From the NCBI RefSeq assembly GCF_902459465.1, contig NC_047062.1, forward strand, positions 8,308,001-8,372,000: a stretch of DNA of 64,000 bases, in the 5' to 3' direction. The notes below the pieces were generated by a model. It saw nothing but the letters and a program-made list of their open reading frames with translations, had not been told where the DNA came from and made no database searches. Source of the DNA: Asterias rubens. Taxonomy: Eukaryota. Both the position numbers and the translations under genes were made by a program. The stretch's first letter is position 1, and every line of letters starts with the position of its first letter. Shown here piece after piece: positions 1 through 12,400 of the stretch.

Positions 1-3000
1 CCCAGTTTTCGCGGTAGCCTTGTTTCTTCTTACATTCCCCGCATCTGTCGGTGCCGAAGTCTGCCGGTCGGCCAGTCCTTCCTGCTACGCACTCTGTGCA
101 GTTATTGATGTAAGCGCCTCCGTTGCACGAGAAGGCGCAATCCAAGGTGGCCTCGCCGTTGCAAACACCTTCGCAGTCCCGCCGGGCGTCACCGTTGCAG
201 ACGCCGGCACAGTCAAAAATACCACGGCATACCTCTGAGAAAAGGAATAACGTACATTGTAAATGAGAGGAAATGGAAGCGTTTACTATTGGTAACTACT
301 CAAAATAATTGTTTTGACATAAAAACATACTTGGTAACACTTCGTCATTGAGAGTTTGGGAACTCTTTAAAAAAGGGCATAATAGCACAAAAGAAAACAA
401 TTGCAGGACCCATACAAACCGGTTCAGTATGGCTGTGTGTGGAATATTGTCCACAATGTGGCTAACGGTCCCTTCACTGTGTTGATCTCTTTTGTTCCCA
501 GATCCATAACGTTTAAACACAATATTCATATCATTATACAATTATAAAATGCTTTTCTTAAGGTTATGTTGCATTAATGCCTTCTGGTGGAATCTAAACT
601 TCTCAATTTTGCAAAATGATAACAATACATGTATATTACACTGCAAAAAATGGGGTAATGAAGTTGACACCATGGGTGTTATGTCAAATATATATACCGA
701 AAAGAGAATCAAAAGACTGTTAACACCAAGGGGTATTAAAATAACACTTATGTGTGACTGCCGAACAATTACATTGGTGTTATTTTAAAGGAACACGCTG
801 CCTTGGATCGGACGAGTTGGTCTATAAAAAGCGTTTGTAACCGTTTGTTTCAAAATGCATTTGGTTGGAATGATGTTTTAAAAGTAGACTACAATGATCC
901 ACACAAATTTGCCCCAAAATTGCGTGTTTTTCCCTTTACTGTGCGAACTAACACGGTCGTCCAAAGGGAGTAAAAATTTGACTCCCATAAATGGCCGACC
1001 GTGTTAGTCGACGAGGTAAAAGGAAAACCGTGCAATTTCGAGACATGTTTGTGTGGACCATTGTATTCTACTTTTACAACATCTTTCTACTTATTTGCAT
1101 TTTATAACAGACGGTTACAAACGCTTTTCAAAGACCAACTCGACCGATCCAAGGCAACGCGTTCCTTTAACACCATGTGTGATGTAAGTTTTGATTCTCT
1201 TTTCTGTGTATATAAATAATAATAATAACAAATTCTTATATAGCGCATTTCACAATAAACCGTATCAATGTGCTTTACATTAGTCCCCTGGTCATTGGGC
1301 CTATAACATCCCTTTAATCTTTCTCAGCTCCTGTGGCGCTCCGAAGGCTTTGTCATTCACAATATCAACCTAAACCCTCGCAGGTACCCATATTTATACC
1401 CCTGGGGAGAGAAACAATTAGTAAAGTATCTTGCTCAAGGACACACGTGTCACGACCGGGGTTCGAACCCACACTCCGGTGACTTGGCATCAGAACTTGA
1501 ATTCGAAGCTCTTAACCACTCGGCCGTGATACTCTATTATGTGACAACATCCATGGTATCAGTTTTAATACCCCAGTTATTGCAGTGTAAAGACATAGGC
1601 CTAATTACAGGAGCTGATCTTACCTGCTTCTTCTCCGGTGAATATCTCCACGATCGTCTTACACATGTCATTCCCGCTGGCGACTCCAGTGATCCAGTAG
1701 AAGGGGTTCTCCGTCCAATCATCGGCTGAGCTTCCGGTAAAAAAGTTTATGGGTATGTCAAAAGCCTTCGTCACTATACCTATCGCTTCAGTGGCGAGTA
1801 CGCTGCATCTGTCAATATTTTGCGGAATGTCTAAGATGGACTCTTTGAAGCTTTCCAGCATATCTTCTTTTCCTTCCTGGTCGCCACTTTCCTCTATCTC
1901 AAGAAAGGTGTCGCATATCTCATCAACTCCACGCGTCCGTGTGGCGATGCTTATCAGGTTGTCAATGTCTTCAAATGGGATGTCCTCCTCGAGCATGAAC
2001 TGAATTAAGCTCTCCTTGTTCGTGCAAAACGTATAGAGGTAGTCTGAGAAGAAATCAAACATGGCGGCCGCTACGTTGAACCCAAAGTCTATCGCACTGA
2101 TGTCTCTGTTGAGAATGGCCTCTATGCCAGGGCAGACGTCGTCCTTCTCATAGCTTTCAATCCCGATGGCCTCAAGCAACGTCTCCAGCAATCGGTCGGT
2201 ATCAATGTCCCGGAACATGGGACGGTTGTCACTGTCCTCGCCCTCGAACAACGGCACGGCTACTGCGTCGCATTCTTTTCTGACCAATTCGGAATCAATC
2301 TCAGAGATAGAATCACAAAAGCCTTGAATTTCCTGAAGCTCAATATCGGTGTACTGTGAAATCAGTGGACTGACCTGCGTGCACACAAGACCAAGCCCAG
2401 CTCCCATCACGTCACTATTCCATACCGTACCCAAGGCAGAAATAATCAACTTAAACGACACTCCTGGTAAGACCATGCCCGGTGTCCAATCCAAGATGTC
2501 ATCCCACTCAGCCAAATCAAATGATGGGTCGACGATTGCATCCCAATCGACAGTCGGGCCGTCTCCTAAGTAAGCATCCACAAGGGCTACACACAGTGCA
2601 TCGACGTTTTGGAAACCAGTGTTGTTGTAGACGTCAAACGTCAATTCATTGGCGAAGGCATACTCGAAAAACTCACCACACGTGGCTTCACTGCTCAGTA
2701 CATCCTCCCACCTGTCTCTTATGTCGACTAGCATGCCCGATACATCGTCTGCTGTGATGTCGTAGAAACTAGAATTAATTGCCTGAACACCACGGCAGAA
2801 GGAGGCTGGATCATCGGAAGAGGTAAGGTAAGTCATCAACTTCAACAAGACATCTCGGCTACCTATTGGCTCTCGGTCGGTGGAATTGAAATAATCGAAG
2901 ATCGAAGTGTAATTCTCGTCGGTGGCAATCCAGCAAGGTTCGTCAATCCAGGAAAATACTCGCACCGTGAGTGCATCGAGGGCTTCATGAGCACCGGCCC

Positions 3001-5278
3001 GGAGTCCAGTCTGGTTTAGTGTTATAAGCTCGGAGAAAAAGTCACACACTCCAAAAGGATGCAAATCTACTTGCCATGTCCATGCTACAGTGTAGAGGGC
3101 GTCGTATGCTATATATTCGTTAATATAATACTCATGTTCATGCCAGTAATCGAGGAAAAAGTCGATGAATATATCCTCTTGCTCTTCCTCCCACCTCTCC
3201 CAGTCAAATACTTCAATCAAACCATACCAACCCCAGTACTGACAGACTTCCTCAAAATGACTGTAGTCCCTGCTCTCTAAAGCCGCACACATAGCTTCAA
3301 AATCACTACCCACTATGGACGAGTTGAAAGAGTCGCACATCACCTGGAAGGCTTTACTCGAATTACTCGACGAGTACATACTGCCGAATAATTTGATGAG
3401 TTTTTCTGCGGGAACTTCCGCCAAAACTGCGAATGGACCGTACAGGTGAGGCTCAAACACGGAGTACCAATGAAGCAACTGATCTTCGTCATCCCACCAA
3501 TCAGACCCGACCGAGTCGTACTCGCTCGATTCGTAAGATCCCCTTATTGTGTGTCTGTCATGCTCATCTCGGTCCTCGATCTTGTTAAGAATATCCTCTG
3601 TATCAATGTAAGTGCTACCCCCACTATTGTTGAAGGCGCTAACCACATCCAAGCACATTTCTTCAACATCGATACCAAAAAGATCACCAAATATTGGCTG
3701 TCCAATCTGTACACAAAGATCATAATCTTCCAAAGCACTCAGTAAATTAACTGTCAAGTTGTGTGCAAGACCCCGGTGATCTACCAGAACATCAGTTACA
3801 TTGAAATAGTCACCAGTACCGTTGAAATAGTCACCAGTACCGTTGAAATTGTCACCAGTAGCATTGAAACAGTCACCAGAAGCATTGGAATAGTCACCAG
3901 TACAATTGACATAGCTGTAGTTGTTATAACCGTACTGCTTAAAATCATGGCACTGCTCAATGTATGAAATTTCATAACCGGCGATAGCGCTTAAAATGTG
4001 ACCAATGATGCCACCGACACCGGTCACATTATGACGAAGAAAGTCTAGTTCTGAACCTTCACCCCACCATGACGACACCGAACCTGACCCAGAATCTGAC
4101 CCAGAATCTGACCCAGAATCTGACCCGGAATCTGACCCAGAATCTGACCCAGAATCTGACCCAGAATCTGACCCAGAATCTGACCCAGAATCTGACCCAG
4201 AATCAGATCCAAAATATGACCCCATAGAGTGAAAATCACTTCCACCAAAAATACCCTCTTTACCATAGCAACCTCTTGCCCAAATTTCCACCACGGATAG
4301 CATGATTTCTTCCGTAATGTAACGGACGATGTCTTTCACTGATTGGGAGTCACTGCGGATGTAATCAGTTACTCCCATGCAAGTACCGTTTGATTCAAAG
4401 ACGTCAAACCCAAATCCTTTGCTCAGCGGTTCGTGAAGCCAGTAAAACACACCAGAAAATGGAACATCTTCGAACTCCTCCCATTCATCATCTTCTGACT
4501 CATCGGCGTCTACCGATCTCCTTTTCCGTTTACGTTCACCACCTCCCGGAGCCCCCGTTTCTCCTCTGAAATCGTCACCCTCCTGTTGTTCCCCTTCAAC
4601 CCACTTCTCATCGCAGAACTCTTCAACACCCGTAACGGGCCGGTCATTGGACACCGCGTCTACAACTAAATCACAAGCGGCAAACACTTCTTCTGACAGA
4701 AGAAACGACACTGGTGCCAAGTTCTCGCATACGATTCCGGCCGAGAGGAGAATTGTGTCAGATTTGACCACCCTGCTGAAAACGGACACAACATCTTCGA
4801 ATGAAATGTCATCAAAAATTACACCAGGACTTGGGAATAAACGGTCATCTATGTCAAGTTCGCCCCCGCTGCTCCATGACCAACTTAGCCCCGTATCTTC
4901 AGGGTCGCTAAAATTACCAAAGTCAAACTCAACACTTTCGTCAAACCTTCCCAGGTCAAACTTACCCCCCTCTTCGAATTGCATCAAGTCGAACTCGCCA
5001 CCTTCCTCGAATTGCATCAAGTCGAACTCGCCACCTTCCTCGAATTGATTGGGGTCAATCTTAACTTCACCCTCAAGTTCGCCGATGTCAAATTGACCCA
5101 AAAACCCATCCGTTTCACCAGCAGTCTCAAAGTCAGTCCCTCCCACATCAAATACATCATCCATTCTTTCTTCACCACCGAATCCCCCAAATCGCCCAGG
5201 ATCTACCTGCCCTATGGAGGCATGCGGAAGAGCAAGCAACACTATCAGGGGAAATATTCCTCTCCCCCTTAGATCCAT
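1..5278 (-). CDS. Large acidic secreted protein (signal peptide, furin site, GSDS repeat, N-glycan cluster, Cys-paired helical modules, DCxGxCNG repeats); 3' partial
   Basis: The ORF track gives 1601..5329 (1242 aa). The likely start is Met18 at 5278 (context caacaacATGG), followed by the hydrophobic MDLRGRGIFPLIVLLALPHASIG. Strong donor GCAG|gtaaga ends the exon at 1624 (phase 1). Acceptor ttccttttctcag| opens an exon at 234 that reads in frame without stops to the window edge: EVCRGIFDCAGVCNGDARRDCEGVCNGEATLDCAFSCNGGAYINNCTECVAGRTGRPADFGTDRCGECKKKQGYRENW. Confidence 0.85.
789..1166. mobile_element. TTAA-flanked MITE, family B (Kolobok-like), intronic
   Basis: TIRs aggaacacg(c/t)tgccttggatcgg(a/t)cgagttggtc ... 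gaccaactcgaccgatccaaggcaacgcgttcct, with TTAA at 785-788 and 1167-1170. Related copies at 23557, 25981 and (partial) 19420. Confidence 0.8.
1212..1531 (-). mobile_element. tRNA-derived SINE
   Basis: On the minus strand: tRNA-like head (...ggccgagtggttaagagc...gggttcgaaccccggtcgtgacac), conserved gtgtccttgagcaagatact core and (tta)n tail. Homologous to the copy at 54521-54855. Confidence 0.75.
3795..3912 (-). repeat. Coding 21-bp tandem repeat encoding N-x-[T/S]-G-D-x-[F/S] (N-glycosylation cluster)
   Basis: ttgaaatagtcaccagtaccg-like unit about 5 times; protein NCTGDYS NASGDCF NATGDNF NGTGDYF NGTGDYF NVTD. Confidence 0.9.
4084..4210 (-). repeat. Coding 12-bp tandem repeat, (GSDS)10
   Basis: Ten ccagaatctgac-type units counted on the plus strand; they translate as GSDS on the minus strand within the large ORF. 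Confidence 0.95.
4925..5050 (-). repeat. Coding 33-bp tandem repeat (QFEEGGEFDLM-like)
   Basis: Two near-perfect copies of tcgaattgcatcaagtcgaactcgccaccttcc plus degenerate copies; protein QFEEGGEFDLM QFEEGGEFDLM QFEEGGKFDLG RFDESVEFDFG. Confidence 0.85.
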
Positions 5279-7699
5279 GTTGTTGAAGCTTGGAGTAGGT
5301 ATAATATTCCAATGAGGTTGACAAACCAACTAAAGTTGGCTGTTCTTGCACCGATCGCAAGTATGATATTACCAACTACTATCCAAGTTTTTTGGTTTTG
5401 AGGCAGAAGCTTAGCTTCGAGAGAAAAATCAATATCTCAATACCTTCCAGGCAGGCATTTATCGCCATTAATTATTTACGGCGTTTGCACCATAAAGAAC
5501 TTCCACTCATTCTTATCTGGAACATTTCACGAGACTTTACCGTCCTTGATCGATTTATTTATTGTTATAAAAAAGTTGCATTTCTTTGTGTACGCTGGTT
5601 GCCATCCAAGGATTTGTTTGAAGAAATTGGCATCAAAAAGATGTGTTAAAGACACTGTACACATTTTGGTAATTTGTCTCTCACTAACGGTGTATCCAAC
5701 ACAAGCACAACATTACAAAATATGTGAAAATTTTGACTAACTTGGTCAAACTTTTATTTTGTATATTTTTTGTCTGGACTTATTTTGTATAATATTATGC
5801 TTTCGGGGTTTTCTGATAACAGTAAATACATACAATATCATAATTATCACATGTAAGATGTTGGACATTGTTCTAGACTTAAAAAAATAAGTGATTCAGT
5901 TACTTGAAACCAGTATCACAATTTATAATTATAAATGAACACCCACCAGAGTCATGCAATCGAAAGGACAGACTGTGTTTTGAACCATTTGAACACCTTA
6001 GACGCACCAGTCCATCGGTGCCACCCACTGCCACGTGATGGTCAGTATTGCGTCACCTTGCGTTCATTGTAGGAGCTAGCAGGGGCAGTGACATAATGTT
6101 TCGATTTAACAATTAATCCTCATCTTCACAGTCTCCCCACCTCCATCTCTTGGTGCCCGATCGCGCAAACTAATAAACTGTGCCCTTCCAAGTTTCGATG
6201 ATTGTATCAGCAGCTAATTTTATATTTCGAACACATTTTTATTGTTACTTTCCCTGATTCCACTACGGGTCTATGCATAAAGAGAGTAAGGGTCTATGTA
6301 AATGCTTGATGGTGCAATACCATGGTCTCCAATTTTAGCATCAAGCAAGAAAAGGTTCACATGAATCGTAAATTTTATAAAGTGATCGTTGGACTCACTT
6401 GTTTCTTCCCATCGTAAAACATACACGCCTGTGGGTAAGGATGAAACTTCATTGTTTTAAGGAATTTTTAAGTCATCATCATCAATACTACAATTCATTT
6501 TATGTCCAATCCATACACAAAATAAACAATGTGAAATATATTTATATTATGTGATGTGAGTAGGCAGTGACCAAGTAAATAAATTTGTACAATACAACCC
6601 AAACGAACAGAGAACTTCTGAGGATTTTGGTACTTTTTGCACAAAACACAATGTCCACAGATTTACATATAATTTACACCGTTTGAAGATAATGATAGTA
6701 GAAAGCGTACCTTAATATATTAGTTGCTGAGGTGCAGTAGTTTTTGAGAAATGAGTAGAACAATGTAACGAAAATACGTTTATACATGCTAAAATAATTT
6801 TCGTCTCATGATCTCTGAGACGAAAATGATTTTCACGACATTGTTTTACTCATTTCTCAGAAAATACAGCACCTCAGCAAGTACCTTTTTTCAGGGAAGC
6901 TTTCTACCATCATTATCTTCAAACTGTGTTAGTTTAATGTAAATCTGTTTTGTTTTTTTGTCCTACAAAATTCTCAAAGCAATTGATTGAATGAAACCTA
7001 TATATTTGGTAACGATCAATGGAGACCTGTTGATTAAACGTTGTGAGAAACGGGTCCCTGTGTAGTTTGTAACGTAGTTTTTGAGAAAGAAATACTTACA
7101 CAAAACAATAAAAGACTTCAGCTGAAGGCCTTTTATTATGCATCTGAAAGCTCACAAAGTAAAGCACAAGAAAGTTTGTTTTTGTTTTGTTTTCATTTTG
7201 CAAATCATTGATTGGGCAGAAATTTCACAGGTTTGTGATTTTATGACGGTTTGGATACCACCAAGTGAAAATACTGGTCCATGACAATTACCAAAGGTGT
7301 CCTGTGCTTTAAATGCGGCATTAATTCAAATCCTTCTTTCTCAAAACACATGCACAATTAACCGATGAAGCGTTCGTCCAAATCTGTGGTCAGTTGAGTG
7401 AAAACCTATATAATTGGGTTATGTTCATTCAAAGTTTAGCCGACGTTTTTTTCCCACTCTAGTTCATTGACAGTATTTGCAGGTACGTCACGAAGGAGGC
7501 ACGTAGTACCCCACAGTCCCTCCCGCTGGTAATCCCCCCCCCCCCTGTTAGGTATCTGGGTCTTTGGAATATAACAACATTACAGAAATAAAATTTCTTG
7601 GAATTAGAAATATACTCACACGTAGCAAAATTGATTTGATTTGACCTTCACGACAGATTTTCACTCATAAAAAAAAAAAAATGACAGCAACATTTTTGG

Positions 7700-7880
7700 T
7701 GGTCTAGTTGCTATTAAACTTGAATGTCAAAGGTCGCGGATTCGAGTCCAGCCGAGTAATAGCCTATGCCTGTGATTTTTTTTCCCACAGAACTCTGGGA
7801 AAGTACTGAGTCAGAGTATAGTGCTTACACAGATCGGTGTATCATGGGTAAAACCAAAATGAGTATTCTTTATCCAAGAA
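7700..7880 (+). mobile_element. tRNA-derived SINE, second family (degenerate)
   Basis: ggtggtctagt...caaaggtcgcggattcgagtcc head followed by aagtactgagt...agtgcttacac body, similar to 17345-17500. Confidence 0.55.
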
Positions 7881-9315
7881 GTGCAAAGTAAACATCTACT
7901 ATATAAAATCAACATTTCGGTTTGAAAGATGCAAATAAATCTATGCAGATTTAATTGACCAATAGGAGAAGCTCCCATAGAAAAACTGCGCACACCCTAC
8001 AGTGTCTTCAAAAGTTTAACAGCCGAGTGTTTTGTTTATGTCGCCGTTCCTGTATATGAATATGAACTTTCTATAATCAAAGTGCGGGCTTTGAAGTTGA
8101 AACTGAATCACCGTTCTTTGCATTTTCATCTTCACATATTCCAGAAGCTATAAATCTAATATACAAATTAAATTTTACACAATGAATTTGTTAGTGCAGC
8201 ATATTATGTTTTGCATTATATTGTTGCGCTCCCCCGTTAGCATTATTGTCCTGTCATCCATGAAAACACGAATTCATCCTGAGGAAGTTTCGGGGAAAAC
8301 TATAATGTGATGTGAGGCGTGATTCTGTTCATCGAGACCTTGTGGACGACTTTGCTCAGAGAGGCATTCCTACCTCCTGGACATGGTCAGAGCAGATATA
8401 TAATGGCTCATCACTACAGGCCTTAGTTACGGCCATGTTCTTTCCAGACAAACTCAATGACTTAACGATCGTGATTTTTGTATACATCAACATCTTTATC
8501 AATGTCTTTATCCGTGAGATTAGATTGTTCTCAACAGTGGCTGTTTACATGCAACGGTACCCGCAACAGCTTTATCACTAGGAACAACTAAGCGACGGAT
8601 TAAGTGGTCGATTTGGCAACATTCGCACTATGGGTTAACTAATCCCTTTCTGGTGGAAAGGTCATCCGCCATCTTGTTTTATTCAATAATATGCTATACC
8701 GGTAACAATAGGCGTAATTAACACTGCCACTCAGTGCAGAAAATTTAATAATTCCAGCTTAGGTTTTCCATGCATCGGTTAAATTAATCAACCCAGTCAT
8801 CCAAGAATGATTTTTCTTTCAATTTCAAAATTAAATTATCTTACTCTTAGATATAAAACCTGAAAAAATCATTCGGTGAGATTAGAACAATCTGAAGTTA
8901 GCTGTTTTGTTTATTATTTCCACTCGACATTGTTAGAAGACCAGTATTCTCACTTTAGTGTATCTTTGTCGTGCATATTATAACCATAGAGCAACTTGCT
9001 CTATATAACAAATCTGTCAGTGAAACCTTTGACTCTTACTTGGTCATCAAAGTTGCAAGAGAATAATGCACAATGTCCACATGCCTGGAACAGGCTTCGG
9101 GGAGTCCTAAAAAGTCTTTTAATATTAATTTGAGTAAGAAAAAGCTTTCCATTTTACCATGAGTTTTCCCCGATCACTTAAAAAGCATGGAGGTCCACGA
9201 ATCAACCTCCACGTATGTTTCAACTGGTGGTGGACTTGGTCAAGTTTAGCTTGGAGCGTGACTGGTATCCGGCGGCGACTATGAAAATTACACAATGCTG
9301 TCACAGGTGGTAAAC

Positions 9316-9330
9316 GGCGCGTTATTCAAA
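9316..9330 (+). promoter_or_regulatory. Candidate CDE/CHR cell-cycle element upstream of sororin
   Basis: ggcgcg-tta-ttcaaa (TTCAAA is the reverse complement of the CHR TTTGAA), about 150 bp upstream of the ATG at 9480 in a CpG-enriched patch. Short motif only. Confidence 0.35.
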
Positions 9331-9479
9331 CGTCGCTGCTCTGTTTTCACAATACACACACAGCAGCAGAACATGGAACAAAAAAGATAACTGCAGAAGC
9401 AAATTTCTAGAACCGTAATTTATAAGCACTTATTCTTAAATTTTGGAGCTTATGTAAACAAAATCACACAACATTCAGG

Positions 9480-12400
9480 ATGCCACCTAAACGCCGTGGT
9501 CGAGTTAGGGGCAAGGGGAAACAGAAATCATGCAAACCTAAAGGTAAGTAACGTGGCATGGTAAATACAACCAGTTTTGCAAAATATGTCGATCGTGACT
9601 GCGCTGGTCGAGTTGTCTTTTGACGGTTCAGACAGCTCGACCGTTCGGACAACTTACTTGAACTTACTTGAATCATGGAGATTCCTCCATGCTTGAACTG
9701 AATCCAACGACGCCATCACACAACTGGGGAGGAGACGGTGGTTCTGGTTACTGGGGCAGACAGCTTAGGCTTGACGCTGCCTTATATAGTTATGTAGAGC
9801 CCCCCGACGTTCTTAGAATTTGTCCACATGTCCCTTGAAAATGTTCACACTTGAAGCTTCAATTGCCTTTCGAGGGAGAATGTAAATGTTCCAGTAGTTG
9901 ACCACTCTCCAGTCTCTGGCTAAACCAGAACTTCCTGAGGGGTCTTTTAGACCCCTACCCGACGTACGACGACAACCTCAACAGGTGTTTGTACGGAGAC
10001 CAATACAGATACAGATTAAGGTTGGATCTTGATTTGTACAGTTTTAGTTGGTGACCCCTGACCCTGTGCTGCACGGTTGACAAATCAAAGAAGTTTTCCG
10101 GATTCAAGCCTTCGAGGCCCCTGAGTATCTTTTTTAAAGGTCTCGATAAGATCTCCTCGCAGCCTCCTGCACTCCAGGGTGGTCAATTTGTTCCCTGAGT
10201 CTGTCAACATAGCTAGACATAGTGAGATAGACCTCCAAACATTCGCAATGCTCTTATCTCTTTTTTTGAACTCTTTCAATGTCCCTTTGAAGATGAGGCC
10301 TCCACGCCTGTACACAGTAATCTAGGTGTGGTCTAACCAGTTCTTTGTACAGTCTGATGGATGATGATTGATGTTTTGTCTTTGTTCGTAATGGTTCTGT
10401 CGATTAGCCCTAGGGAGGGCTCTGTATGCGCTTTTGACTGCCTTCGCACAGTGGGTACTTGCATTTAGTGACTGATGGATGATTACCCCAAGATCTCTTT
10501 CTTCACTTACTGTCTGAATTATACTGTCACCAATGGAGTAGTTGTTTCTTGATGTTTCTATGCCCGAGGTGGAGGCACTTGCATTTGTCAATAGACAACT
10601 CGAGCGGCTGACCTCCGTCAGTCATGTTTACACGAATGTTAGGATAACTACATATGGCGCCACCACTTTTTCGAGCATTTTTACAAAAAGGGATATCTCA
10701 TTGAGGTAAATTAGATGCTATATTATTTCATATCGAATGAAAAAGTGGTGGCGCCAAACTGAAACTTTTCTGAATTTTCCTGTGAAGCCTTACTAAATCC
10801 TGCGATTCTATAATTTATCGTTATAATATTTATCAATTATTGAAAGTGTGGTGTCCCAGTATCATTCATAATCATGGAGGTAGAATGATTGAATGAAGGG
10901 CCAGAATAAAGCCATACGGTGGAAGAAATATCTGTTAGCTAGTGTTATGACTATGTCCTGTGGTGAGACTTTGTGTATGACTCTTTACCAAGCTGCAGTT
11001 CTCTTCAATTAGTTCAAAATAACAGGTTAAAAAAACATTAAAACATAATTATATTATACAGCTCGACTATCTACATGTGTACTACTATAGTAGTATTATT
11101 AGGCCACATAATAATAAAAATTGCGGATGGGGGAGGGAGTGAGGTTTTTTTATATTTTATTTTTTTTTTAAGTTTTGTTGACATGCCAAATATGAAATCA
11201 AGAAGAAAGAAATCATCACAATCACTTTAACACAGAGGGTTTTTGTGTTTTTGACGTTTTCGACAAATTTAACTCCTAGATGACATTTTCTGTAAACTTT
11301 TTCAAACAACTAACCCCCTAAGCACAGTGGAGCCCAAGTAAATATTTGAAGAATTGTTCTTGCTTTGCCAACATGAATAAAAAACCTTCTTTTCAAACCT
11401 GTACATTTTGAAAAAAATATCAGCTGTATAAAGAGATATCCCGACATGGTGGGGAAAAAAAGGGGGGAAGGGGGTTTTGAACGGTCGGGCGGGGACGATC
11501 AATAATTTTTTTTTATGTGGCCTTACAAGGTTTACTTATTAACTTTACAAATTACAACAAAAACAACTCAAAAATGTATGGTAAAAAAAAATAATGAAAA
11601 TGGTAATGGTAAAAAATATATTAAAAAGCGGTGTTCACCCGGATATTAAACCCACCAACCATAACACCCCCAACCCCGGGGAATGCCCGTGCATGTGCCA
11701 AGTCAGTAAACCACACCCCCCCCCTCCCCCGAGGGCGCTATTGACCCCTCCCGCCCCGCACTGAGTCCCTGTCTATAAGCTTACCCCCGTCACGGCCATC
11801 CGTCGACTTGTCTCGACCGTTGAGTTGTCTGACGGTTGAATAAATCATCCGTCGTCGAGTTGTCCGAACGGACGAGTTGTCCGACTAGGTGTCTGCACAA
11901 AAAATACAGGCACTAGAACGAAATTTTAGAGTTAGACCCCTTGAGTAACTGGGGCGCTGTTTTTGTTTTTCTCAAAATTTTGACATTTAAATTAATATCG
12001 GTGACCGATAATGTAAAACTTTTGAAAAAAGGAATTTTAAAATATAAATGTCAAAATTTCGGAAAAAAGGAATACAGCGCCTGCCCAGTTACTGAATATT
12101 GGGTCTAGACTGTATTATATAATGTAATTATCACTACAAAATGTCTCAAAATCACTCATGCCATTAATCTATGCCATTTTGGCGTCCCTGTCAGTTTGTA
12201 TCCTGGTGTGTCATACATGTAGGTTTCCAACCAATAGGGTTTCCAGTACTCGTAGAACTTACTATGAGGTTTGTTCCGCTATCGTCTTGACTAACTCTAA
12301 TGGAATGAACCTCATAATACAACAAGTTCTAGGAGTACTCTGCATGGAGGCACAAGTGTAATATCTGTGCCCCCGCTCCAGTTGCTCCCCCCCCCCTCCC

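Noticed and set aside
4647-5272. Plus-strand ORFs overlapping the large acidic ORF
   Set aside because: They are antisense shadows of a repetitive coding exon.
8250-8640. Coding-like patch (ORF 8312..8581)
   Set aside because: No recognisable motif or convincing splice context.
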